Both the position numbers and the translations under genes were made by a program. DNA of 64,000 nt from Camelus ferus (lineage: Eukaryota), in contig NC_045705.1 in the NCBI RefSeq assembly GCF_009834535.1, positions 31,682,001 through 31,746,000 of the forward strand, read 5' to 3'. The number at the start of each line of letters is the position of its first letter. Position 1 is the first letter of the stretch. The notes under the pieces are model-generated. The model searched no databases and had not been told where the DNA came from. It saw only the letters and a program-made list of their open reading frames with translations. Shown here piece by piece: positions 39,761-52,149 of this stretch.

Positions 39761-39899
39761 ATTTTTATTTAAACAGAGAACTTTCTGATGTAGATTTGAT
39801 GAACATTTTTAGTGAGTTGATCAGAAAAGATTTAGTGTCTTTTGCTGGCATTCTGAATTATAGCACAGTCCTCAAGGTCAGAGATATATGTCTTTATTT

Positions 39900-41170
39900 G
39901 AACATTCATAGAAATTGACATATTGTAACTGATGGTATGTCAATTAAAAAATAAAATAAAAAAGAGGAAATAGATAATCTGAACAGACCAACCACTAGAA
40001 GTAAAATAGAATTAGCAATAAAAAAACTTCCCTGCAAACAAAAGTCCAGGATCAGATGGCTTTACTGAGGAAATCTACCAAGCATAGGAAGAAGAACTTA
40101 TACTGAAACTTCCCAAACTCTTCTAGAAGGTAGGAAAGGATGGAACACTCCCAAAGTCAATCTATGAAGCCAACATCACCCTGATATTAAAGCCAGACAA
40201 AGACACTACCCAAAAGGAAAATTATAGGCCACTATCTTTGATAAATGTAGATGCAAAAATTCTCACCAAAATATTAGCAAACAGAATTCAACAACACATA
40301 AAAAAGACTGTACACTATAATCAAGTTAGATTCATCCTAGGGACACAAAAATGGCCCAACATATGCAAATCAGTCAGTGTGATTCACCACATCAATAGAT
40401 GAATGGACAAAAATTACATGATTATCTCAAAAGATGCATAAAAATGCATTTGATAAATTCAATACTCATTTATGATAAAAACTCCTACTAAAGTGGTAGA
40501 GAGGGAACATGTCNNNNNNNNNNNNNNNNNNNNNNNNNNNNNNNNNNNNNNNNNNNNNNNNNNNNNNNNNNNNNNNNNNNNNNNNNNNNNNNNNNNNNNN
40601 NNNNNNNNNNNNNNNNNNNNNNNNNNNNNNNNNNNNNNNNNNNNNNNNNNNNNNNNNNNNTATAGCAACCAGACTAGAAAAAAATGAATTTTAGGGTGGA
40701 TTTTTCTTGTTCTGTGAAGGAAGTTTCAGGCATTTTGATACAGGTTGTACTGAATCTGTAAATCAGTTTAGGTAGCATTGACATCTTAACAATATTAAAA
40801 ATCTAGCTCATAAATGTCTTTCCATTTACATGTGTCTTCTCTAATGACTTTTAGCAACATTTTGAAGCTTTCAGTGTACAAGCTTTTCATCTCCTTGCTT
40901 ATGTTTACTCAAGTATTTTATTCTTATAGATGCTGTTGCAAATAGAATTGTTTTCTTAATTTTCTCTTCATGTTGTTTCTTGATAGTATAAAAATTCAAC
41001 ATCCTTTCATGATAAAAAGTCTCATTAAATTGAGTATAGAAGGAAAGTACCTCAACACAATTAGGGTCATACATGACAGAGCCACACCACATGTCACACT
41101 CAACATTAAAGTTTGAAAGCCTTTACATTAAAATCAGGAGCAAAACAAGACTCTCATCTCTCCTTTGCAA
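39900..41170. mobile_element. L1 ORF2 fragments leading into the RT domain, plus the inverted pair; paralog at about 46960-48190
   Basis: ATCACCCTGATA..CCAGACAA..GATGCAAAAATTCTCA..CAACAACACATAAAAA; paralog shows GGAACAAGACAAGGATGCCCACTCTCACCACT ([10 protein letters not shown]). Confidence 0.85.
40514..40660. other. N-gap, 147 nt, inside an L1 ORF2 fragment
   Basis: Run of N. The paralogous L1 sequence is visible at about 47535-47670. Confidence 0.99.
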
Positions 41171-41940
41171 CATAGTACTGTAATAAAAATTCCTATTAAA
41201 TTTTTGTTTTCTACATGTAGACCAGGTCACCTCTGAAATGAGATAATTTTGCTTGATTTTTGTTTAATATTACTCTCTGTGAGAGTGCTTTGACTGGTAG
41301 TCATGTCCTATTCTTTAGAGCTCAGCTTGAACATCACTTTTTAAGAAAGGCATTTTCTGATTCCGTTTTCCACATTAAGTTTCTTCCTCTTTTCTCTGTA
41401 ACAGTACTTTATTTGCTGTCCTATAAGAATGGCATTGGACTACAACTATTTTATTGTCTCTTTCTTTATTGTCTGACTGCATTATAAAAATATAAAATCC
41501 ATGCAGATAGGAACTTTTATATGGCTGTATTTCCCTGTGTTATTCATTGCTTATTAATTCTCACCCATAGCACAGTTGGTATATTAAAATAGGTACCCTA
41601 AATTTTATATAAAAACAATTCATAATTGTATAAATAATTAGTAATTATATTTGATATTTGTGACAGAATTTTTATATATTTGAGCAAACATCAAGGCAGA
41701 ATGGACCAAGTACTAAATAAAAAGAAAGAAAAACTTGCTATGGCAAGTGGGAAAATATATGAAATACTAATCTTCATTGAGTAAAAATGATTGTGCTGAT
41801 ATTATGTTTTTATTAGCAACAGTGTCAACATGATTCTCAAGCTGATTATTCTCTCCATTTTCCATCTTTTTGATCCTAATTAAATGATGTGGTTCAGTAA
41901 TATCTTTACACTAGATGTAATTTTAAAATGTAGTGGAAAA

Positions 41941-41968
41941 TCCCAGTGAATTTAATTAAGCAAGAATC
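41941..41968 (+). promoter_or_regulatory. Candidate OR promoter motif
   Basis: TCCCAGTGAATTTAATTAAGCAAGAATC. Confidence 0.55.
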
Positions 41969-42598
41969 AGTCTTGGACACATTCCAGTTCTAAGACAATG
42001 ATAAGTGTGGCTAAAAGGGATAAAACATACAAAGTTATGTGACCCTATTGGGAAAAAGAGGTGGTATCATTTTAAGAACTTATATATATTTTTCAGGATG
42101 ACCTCGGTTAGACTTGAAGCAATGCATAAAATAAGATAAAAACAACCCTGTAATGTCAAAAAATCTCAAGGTGACTAATCTGGCCACACTGACATGATTG
42201 AATGAGGACTAAACAACTGAATGGTATTTTTCTGTTTTGAATTTAGTAGAGAAAGAAGTTATTTGAGTTAAAATTCCCTGGGAAATGGCTAGTTGCTATC
42301 TTCCTATGTAAACATGAATTTACTTGTCTTTTTAATAAATTATCCCAACATGGTGAATATTTGTTTGTGCGCACTGTGGAATTTCTTTAAAATTTCTAAA
42401 CTGCAAATAAAAATAGTTTCTGAATAACCAGAAGAGACCATATAGGAAATGAACAGAGAGCTGAATGAAAGAAAATATATCCTAATAATACAGCTCTCTA
42501 ATTATCTCCCCTCTGTGGCCACAAAGAATGAAAGAGGAATTCCAAGTCTTTGTGAGTAGCTAAAGTCATCCTCCAGACTGTGAACAAGCCTCCACAAG

Positions 42599-43874
42599 GT
42601 AAGACTACCAGTAGATACTGGCCACCAGGCTCGCCATTGTATCACTGTCTTTATCATCTAAAAAAATTTAAATCTTTTTGAAATACATGAAACTTAGATT
42701 CCAATTCTAGTTTTATCTGTTAACAATGTGTGACTTTAGGGAAATTAATGAGATGTTTTGAGCCTTAGTTCTTCAAATGAACATGAGAATTACTGTTCTT
42801 GTTAATGTGAATAATAAATGTGATACATTAAAATGTGAGTGAATGATTGCAATCCACTATGGGACTTTTGAGCACTTGAGTGATATAATCAGAACAAGAT
42901 TTAAAGAAAATCATTCAGGCTCCTTCAGGAGAACAAATTGTCTGAGTCCAGAATAAAAGTGGAGCGACTCGGCAGGAGGCTATTGCAGTGAGCCAAGAAG
43001 GAAACGGCGGAAGGGGAATAATCATATTTGTGTTACACTTCCCAAGTAAAGACAGTAGCATTATTTTTTAAGGTATCAGTAAGTCATACGAGAGCAACAA
43101 GGGAACAAATATCACTGTGAGATTTTCTGTCTGAGCAATTACATTGAAGGTGGTATCATTTCAAGAAATGGGGAACACTTTTTGTATTGTGGAAATTTTT
43201 AAATTTTGTGTTATATTTACTGAATTGATATCCCACTGCACATGTCCGAAATTGGAGACACTGTGTACAAAAATTGGAAAACAAGTGTAGAAGTAAATGC
43301 TAGAGACTCAGATTTGACTGTTTCAGCATTTACTGTTCAGGAAAAGGAGAAATATCCAACTAAAGGCCACATGAAGTAGGCCTCAGTGAGGTCTGAGACA
43401 ATCTAGCACAGTGAACTTCTGTTCATAGTTTGAGATCCTCACCCTGTATATGTAAATTAGTTTAAGTGGTTTCAATATTACACTTTTGGACTTTATAAAT
43501 TATGGACTTCTTTATGAACTCCTCTTCCTATCTTGTTCTTTTACTTTTCCCTTAAAATTCAGCTAAAACATTGCTTCCTCTGGGAACCTTCTCTGATTCT
43601 AGTTTGACTGATACATTCCTACTCCATGACTCAGCTGTGTGTGAACACCTTTACAGTGGCACTCATTACATGGGTCTGTCATATATCATATATGAAATCA
43701 CCTTGTCATATATTACATCAATGAGGGTAGGGAACGATGCCTTATTGAACTTGGTAATTACAATGTCTGTGACACATTGGACATGAATAGATAGTCTATA
43801 CACATTGTTTTAATTGAATGGATAAAAGAGATTAACCTTATAATGCATTTAAAGATTTTCCACCTGTTTTGTAG
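42599..43874 (+). other. Inferred 5'-UTR intron of OR 43920 (equivalents 35107-36505, 49408-50680, and 7788-9012 on -)
   Basis: Donor AAG|GTAAGA and acceptor TTTTGTAG 43-45 nt before ATG are conserved across paralogs. Confidence 0.55.
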
Positions 43875-43919
43875 GTAAATTGCTTCTAATAATGTGACCT
43901 CAGCACCTATACAGACTAG

Positions 43920-44848
43920 ATGGAACCAAGGAACAATGTAACTTATTTCATCCTCCTGGGCCTCACACAGAATCCAAAGGAGCAGAAGGTCCTTTTTGTT
44001 ATGTTCTTGCTCTTCTACATTTTGACCTTGTTGGGCAACCTGCTCATTGTTGTGACTATAAGTGTTAGTAAGACCCTGAAGTCACCAATGTACTTTTTTC
44101 TTGCCAGTTTATCACTTATAGATCTAATTTATTCCTCTTCTATTTCCCCTAGATTGATTTCAGACTTGTTCTTTGGGGAAAACACAATATCCTTTGAATC
44201 TTGCATGACTTATCTGTTTATAGAACACTTTTTTGGTGGATCAGAGNNNNNNNNNNNNNNNNNNNNNNNNNNNNNNNNNNNNNNNNNNNNNNNNNNNNNN
44301 NNNNNNNNNNNNNNNNNNNNNNNNNNNNNNNNNNNNNNNNNNNNNNNNNNNNNNNNNNNNNNNNNNNNNNNNNNNNNNNNNNNNNNNNNGTTAGCACTAT
44401 TTATGGGCTCCCATTCTGTGGCCCCAATGTCATTGATCACTTTACATGTGACATGTATCCCTTATTGGAACTGGTCTGCACTGACACCTATGTCATTGGC
44501 ATCTTAGTGGTGGCCAACGGAGGACTGATGTGCAGTATTGTGTTTCTGCTCTTACTCATCTCTTATGGAGTCATCTTGCGCTCTCTAAAGAACATTAGCC
44601 AGGAAGGCAGGCAGAAAGCCCTCCAGACCTGTGCTTCCCACATCACTGTGGTTGTCTTCTTCTTTGTCCCCTGTATTTTCATGTATGCAAGACCTGTTAA
44701 GACCTTCCCAATTGACAGATCATTAAGTGTGTTTTATGCAGTCATCACCCCTAGGCTGAACCCATTAATCTACAGTCTAAGAAATTCTGAGATGACTAGT
44801 GCTATGAAGAAGCTCTGGAGAACAAAAAGCAGATCAAGAATGAAATAA
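43920..44848 (+). CDS. OR4A47-like: OR4A47-like olfactory receptor; intact versus pseudogene status unresolved (N-gap is 1 nt shorter than paralog length)
   Basis: 5' half ([16 protein letters not shown]) and 3' half ([19 protein letters not shown]) are each uninterrupted but offset by one base across the 143-nt gap 44247-44389. The paralog needs 144 nt. Confidence 0.7.
44247..44389. other. N-gap, 143 nt
   Basis: Run of N inside OR CDS. Confidence 0.99.
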
Positions 44849-47800
44849 GTTCATTATCAATCATGAGGAAACTCATTTAACTTTGGAGCCAATCTCTCCA
44901 AATGTAAAATTCTTCATAAATCTAATGTGACTTTCCTTTTCTCTAAAGGAATTACAGTAATTATATTAAAACATGAATTATATGTTCATACAATCTTTGA
45001 CAATTTTCCTTTTAGAATATAAACTGTATAATGTCTCACTGTACCTAGGAAAGTGGGATGCAATTACATTAAGGAATCTATAAATAATATGTGATTAATT
45101 AATTAATGGAACTTTTATAGTTATACTAATTTTAAATTAATTCCTTCATCTACATTTATAAGTTTTTCATCTTTAGTTTTATTTTACATCAGAGTCTTAT
45201 CTTTTATCTTCATTTTTATTGTACTAGTTAAATTATTTAATGCTGTATAGACTATTGTCCAATTTCAGTTGCTTTATATATGAAAATCTTTTGTATATTT
45301 CAATTTTCAAAATAAACTTGAAACTATTTGGATAATAATAAATATTAGAATTGGAACCCATGAAAAATGAAATACTGTAGAACAGAACTCCTCTCCATCC
45401 CATAGCGTTGTCTCCCAGTTCTCCCAGTTGCAGCCGCTACTCTGTTCCTGAGATTATTCAAGTAGTAATCCTTGCAAATACAAGCAGACTTTCATGCCTG
45501 AGTGTGTTTATGTCTCTGTGTACAAATATTGCATTTTACTACTGAGGCTCCTGAAGATCTTTGTACCAGTCTATATAGATCTAACTCATTCTGGTTTCCT
45601 CATACTGTTTAACTTCCTTATATAGATTCACTCAAATTTAGGTGCTCAGTCCTCTTCAGGTTTTTCCTGTCTTTTTCTTGGGTAAATAATTCTGCTATGC
45701 CATGTTTTTGAAATTTTATAACTATCAGTCCTAGAGGTGAAATTTTTGAGTCAACTGGTTTATGTATTTAAAATGTTGGTGTTCACAGTTATTGTCAAAA
45801 TGCCATCCATGAGCTTTTACTAAACTCACTTTTCCCTTCATTCTGGAAAATACCCGTTTGATGACATTCTCAAAAAATCAGTGCTTGGTAAACTTTGTGG
45901 AATTTGACAATCTCATTAAAGAAACTGTGTTTCACTTGTACACTTTAATTATAAATAAATAAATAAAATTAGAATTTGGACATCTATTGATGTGTTTAAG
46001 GTAATATGTATTTCTTTTTCATGAAATGCATATTAATGAATTTGATGTGTTTTATTTGATTGCTGACATTTCCCATACAGATTTTATGATTTAATTAAAT
46101 ACTAAGGAATTTATCCCACTTACTATATTGTGTGGAGTTATTGTTTTGCCAGCTTGTGATTTGTTTTTGATATATTTATACTGTGCAGAATGTTTTTGAA
46201 CAAGTAGAAATAATACTGCATTTACATAATTAAATCTATCAATATTTTCTTTAGATATTGTCTTGCTTATAAAGAATTTTCCTATTTCAATGCCTATACT
46301 ATTTTCCATTGTGGTTGCATCAATTCCAAACAAGACTGCACAAGGGGTCCAAAGTTTCTACATCTTTGACAGCACTACTTTTTTATAAGGAAATTACTTT
46401 CACTCACTAGGGTTCTGCTCTCATTATCTGATCATTTCCCAAAGGCTCCATTTCAAAATATTACCACTAAAATACTTCAGTGGTCAAGAAATTTTAATGC
46501 ATGTTTATACTTACTAGGGATAGACTCCACTAAATATTCACATTCTTCAGAAGGTTCTTGAATTCCTAAATATTTGCATTTTATGATAAACTTTAAGGTT
46601 ATTTTTCAAAGTTTGAAAACTTCCCATAAAATATATTAAGAATGTCATAGCACCACATATTTGTTTAAAGGAAAATGACATGTTTTAATATCTTGTTTTC
46701 TCTTTCTGAATTAATCATATATTGTGAAGAATTGACTGATGTCTCAAAAAATTTGCAAGTATTTCCACAGAGTGTAAGTAAAATTTGCCTTTTGGTTTTT
46801 TTTATTTAAACAGAGGACTCTCTGATGTAAATCTGATTAACACTTTTAATGAGTTGGTCAGAAAAGGTTTAGTGTCTTTTGCTAGCATTCTGAATTATAG
46901 CACAGTCCCCAAAGTCAGGGATATATGTCTTTATTTGAACATTCATAGAAACTGACACATTGTAACTGATGGTACTTCAGTTAAAAAATAAAATAAAAAA
47001 GTAGGAATAGATAATCTGAACAGACCAACCGCTAGAAGTGATACAGAACTAAAAATAAAAAAGTTCCCTGCAAATAAAAGTCCAGGACCAGATGGCTTCA
47101 CTAAGGAAATCTACCAAGCATAGGAAGAAGAACTTATACTGAAACTTCCCAAAATCTCCCAGAAGGCTGAAAAGTAGGGGACACTCCCAAAGTCAATCTA
47201 TGAAGCCATCATCACCCTGATATTAAAGCCAGACAAACACACTGCCAAAAAAGAAAATTAAAGGCCACTATCTTTGATAAATATAGATGCAAAAATTCTC
47301 ACCAAAATATTAGAAAACAGAATCCAACAACACATAAAAATAGTGTACACTATGATCAAGTTAGATTCACCCCAGGGACACAAAGATGGCTCAACATATG
47401 CAAATCAATCAATAGACAGATGACTGGACAAAAATTACATGAGTATCTCAATAGATGCAGAAAAATGCATTTGATAAATTGAATATCCATTTATAATACA
47501 AACTCCTACTAAAGAGGTAGAGAGGGAACAGGTCTCAACATAATAAAAAGTATTTATTTTTTTAACATAACACTCATATGATGAAAAGTTGAAAGTCTTC
47601 CCACTAAAATCTGGAACAAGACAAGGATGCCCACTCTCACCACTTCTATTCAGCATAGTATAAGATGTCCTAGCTATAACCAGACTAGAAAAAAAATCTG
47701 AATTTTAGAATGGATTTTTCTTTTCCTTCAAAGAAAGTTTTGGGCATTTTGATAAAGGTTGCACTGAATCTGCAAATTAGTTTAAGTAGCATTGACATCT

Positions 47801-50725
47801 TAACAATATTAAAAATCTAGCTCATAATATCTTTTCATTTACATATGTCTTCTCTAATGTCTTTCAGTACATTTTGCAGCTTTCAGTGTACAAGCTTTTC
47901 ATCTCCTTGCTTATGTTTACTCAAGTATTTTATTCTTATTGATGCTATTGTAAATGGATTTTCATAATTACCTCCCTGTGTTGTTCCTTGATAGTATAAA
48001 AATTTAATTTCCTTTCATGATAAAAAGTCTCATTATACTGGGTATAGAAAGACAGTATCTCAACATAATTAGGGTCTTACATGTGCATACCACACCACAT
48101 ATCATACTCTAGATTAAAGCTCAAAAGCTTTTACGTTAAAATCAGGAACAAGACATGAGTGCACACTGTCATTACTCTTTTGCAACATAGTACTGCAATA
48201 AAAATTCCTAGTAAAGTTTTAGTGTTTCTATGTGTAGACCTGTTCATCTCTGAAATGAGATACTTTTACTTAATTTTTATTTAATATTACTGTCTGTGAC
48301 AGTGCTTCCACTGGTAGTCACTTCCTGTCCTTTCGATCTCAGGTTAAACATCACCTTATTAGAAAGGCCTTTTCTGGTTACATTTTTGAAAGTCAGCTAA
48401 TTCCTCTTTTTTTCTATAAAAGTACTTTATTTTCTGTCTAATAAGAATGGCATTGGACTACAATTATTTTATTAAATTGTCCTTTCTTTATTGTCTGACT
48501 GCATTGTCAGTATGTAAAATCCATGCAGAAAAGAATTTTTATACGATTCTACTTCCCTGTGTTATTCATTACTTATTAATTCTCACCCATAGCACAGTTT
48601 GTGTATGAAAATAAGTACCCTAAATTTTTATAAAAAGCAATTCATAATTACAAAAATGATTAGAAATAATTTCTGATTTGTTGATAAAATTTGATATATT
48701 TGACCAAATATTAAGGCAGAATAAATCCAGTACTAAATAAAGGGAAAGTAAAACTTGCTATGGCAAGTGGCAATATATATGAAAAATTAATCTACATTGA
48801 ATCAAAATGTTTGCTCTAATATTTTGTTTTTACTAGCAATAGTCTCAACATGATTCTCCAGCTGATTATTTTCTCTGTTTTCCATCTTTTTCACCCTAAT
48901 TTCAAGATTACCTTGGTTAGACTTAAAGCAATACATAAAATTAAAAAAATAGCACAATAATATCTCAAAATCTCAAGTTCACTAATCTGGCTACACTGAT
49001 ATGATCGGATGAGAACTAAACAACTGAATGGTATTTTTAAAATTTTGAACTTAGTAGGAAAATAATTTACTTGAGATAAATTTCCCTGGGAAATGGCTAG
49101 TTGCTATCTTCCTATGTAAACATGAATTTACTTGTCTTTAATAAATTATCCCACATGGTGAACATCTGTTTCTTCATGATCACTGTGGAATTTCTTTAAA
49201 ATTATCTACAGTGCAAATAAAGATAGTTTCTGAATAACCAGAAGAGACCATATAAGAAATGAACAGAGAGCTGAATGAAAGAAAATATATCCTAATAATA
49301 CAGCTCTCTAATTATCTCCCATCTGTGGCCACAATGAATGAAAGAGGAATTCCAAGTCTTTGTGAGTAGCTTAAGTCATCCTCTGACTGTGAACAAGCCT
49401 CCACAAGGTAAGACTACCAGTAGATACTGCCCACCAGTCTCATCATTATATCACTGTCTTTATCATTTAAAAAAATTAAATCTTTTTGAAATACATGAAA
49501 CTTAGATTCCAATTCCAGTTTTATCTGTTAACAATGTGTGACATTGGGGGAAATTAATGAGATGTTCTGAGCCTTAGTTCTTCAAGTGAAAATGGGATTT
49601 ACTGTTCTTGCTAATGTGAATATTAAATGTGATAAAATGTGAGTGAATGATTGCAATCCACTGTGGGAGTTCTGAGCACTTGAGTGATATATTCAGAACA
49701 AGATTTAAAGAAAAGCATTCAGTCTCCTTCAGGAGAACAAATTGTCTGAGTCCAGAATAAAAGTGGAGCGACTTGGCAGGAGGCTATTGCAGTGAACCAA
49801 GAAGGAAATGGGGGAAAGGGAATAATCAAATTTGTGATATACTTTCCAAGTAAAGACAGTAGCATTTTTTTAAAAAAAGTCATCAATAAGTCATATGAGA
49901 GCAATAAGGGAGTGAATAATACTGTGAGATTTTCTGTCTGAGCAATTACATTGAAGGTGGTCCCATTTCATGAAATGGGTATCACCTTTAGTGTTGTGGA
50001 AAATTTAAAATTTTGTGTTATATTTACTAACTTGATATCCAACTGCAGAGGTCCAAAATTGGAGACACTGCATACAAAAATTGCAAAACAAGTGTAGAAG
50101 TAAAGGCTGGAGACCCCAATTTACGTGCTTCAGCATTTACTGTTCAGGAAAAGGAGAAATATCCAACTAAAGGCCACATGAAGTAGGCCTCAGTGAGTTC
50201 TGAAACAATCTAGGACAGTGAACTTCTGTTCACAGTTTGAGTTCCTCACCCTGTATATGTAAATTAGTTTAACTGGGTCTCAATATTACACCTATGTGAC
50301 TTTATAAATTATGGACCTGATCATGAAATCCTCTTCCCATCTTTTCTTGTTCTTTCACTATTTCTTTAAAACTCAGCTAAACATTGCTTCCTCTGGGAAC
50401 CTTCTCTGATTCTAGTTTGACTGATGCGTTCCTACCCCGTGACTCTTAGCTGTGTGTGAATATCCTTGTAGTGACACTTGTTACATGGGTGTGGAAGTGT
50501 CTGACCCCTTGTCATATATTATATCACTAAGGGTGGGGAATGATGCCCTATTGAACTTGGTAATTACAATGTCTATGACACATTGGACATGAATAGATAC
50601 TCCATACATGTTGTTTTAATTGAATGGGTAAAAGAGATTAACCTTATAATGCATTTAAAGGTTTTCCACCTGTTTTGTAGGTAAACTGCTTCTAATAACG
50701 TGACCTCAGCACCTGTACAGACTAG

Positions 50726-51639
50726 ATGGAACCAAGGAACAATGTAACTTATTTCATCCTCCTGGGCCTCACACAGAATCCAAAGGAGCAGAAGGTCCTT
50801 TTTGTTATGTTCTTGCTCTTCTACATTTGACCTTGCTGGGCAACCTACTCATAGTCGTGACAATAACAGTAAGCAAGACCGTGAACACATCGATGTACTT
50901 TATTCTTGCCAGCTTATCATTTATGGACATAGCTTATTCCTCTTCTATTTCCCCCCGATTGCTTTCAGACTTATTCTTTGGGGAAAATACCATATCCTTT
51001 GAATCTTGCATGACTTATTTGTCTATAGAGCACATTTTTGCTGGGTCAGAGGTCTTCCTTCTTGGTGATGGCTTATGACCGCTATGTGACCATCTGTAAG
51101 CCCTTGCATTAGGTGGTTATCATAGGCAAAGGGTGTGTGTTGTGCTGCTGGTGGTGTCCTGGGTTGGAGGTTTTCTGCACTCAGTAATTCAACTTGGCAC
51201 TATTTATGGGCTCCCTTTCTGTGGCCCCAATGTCATTGATCACTTTACATGTGACATGTATCCCTTATTGGAACTGGTCTGCACTGACACCTATATCATT
51301 GGCATCTTAGTGGTGGCCAACGGAGGACTGATCTGCACTATTGTGTTTCTGCTCTTACTCATCTCTTATGGAGTCATCTTGCGCTCTCTAAAGAACCTGT
51401 CAGGAAGGGAGGTGGAAAGCCCTCCAGACCTGTGTTTCCCACATCACTGTGGTTGTCTGCTTCTTTGTCCCCTGTATTTTCATGTGTCAAGACCTGCTAA
51501 GACCTTTTCAATCAACAAATCTTCAAGCGTGTTTTATACAGTCATCACCCCTATGCTGAACCCATTAATCTACAGTTTAAGAAATTCTGAGATGATTAAT
51601 GCTATGAAGAAGCTCTGGGGGAAAAATACAGGTAGATAA
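50726..51639 (+). pseudogene. OR4A47-like: OR4A47-like olfactory receptor pseudogene
   Basis: ATG at 50726. -1 deletion gives TGA at 50828-50830; -2 near 51062; TAG at 51110-51112; -1 near 51125; -2 near 51399; -1 near 51487 (all relative to the 36550 paralog). Confidence 0.9.
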
Positions 51640-51940
51640 AGTATTAAATTAGTGCTGTATCCATCATGAAAGTGATGATTTAGCATTAAGTCCTGTCTCT
51701 TTGGAATGTAAAAACTTCATTAATCTGATGCAAACTTTTTGTTTCTTCAAATGATTTAGGATAATTATACTTGAAGAATAAACTATATGTTCATGCTATT
51801 AATAACAATTCCTTACTAGAATGTAAACTGTATGTTTTATCACTGTACCTAGAATAGTAGGATGCATTTATAGTAAGGTGTCAATAAATAATTTATAATG
51901 AATTAATGAAAATTTTATTGAGTTACACTAATTGTTAATT

Positions 51941-52149
51941 GTTTTACCTCTTTGAAAATTTAATTTTTGTATTGATGCATAGTATATTTACAATGCTGTG
52001 TTAATTTCTGTTGTACAGCATAATGATTCAGTTGTACATATAGATATTCCTTTTCATATTATTTTTCATTATAGGCAATTACAAAGTATTGAATATAGTT
52101 CCCTGTGCTATATAGTAGAACTTTGTTCCCTATCTATTTTATATATAGC
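51941..52149 (-). mobile_element. 5'-truncated L1 3' end with 11-bp TSD, found only in tandem copy 3
   Basis: AATTGTTAATT at 51930-51940 and 52150-52160 flanks TTTACAATGCTGTGTTAATTTCTGTTGTACAGC..TTCCCTGTGCTATA. Confidence 0.85.
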
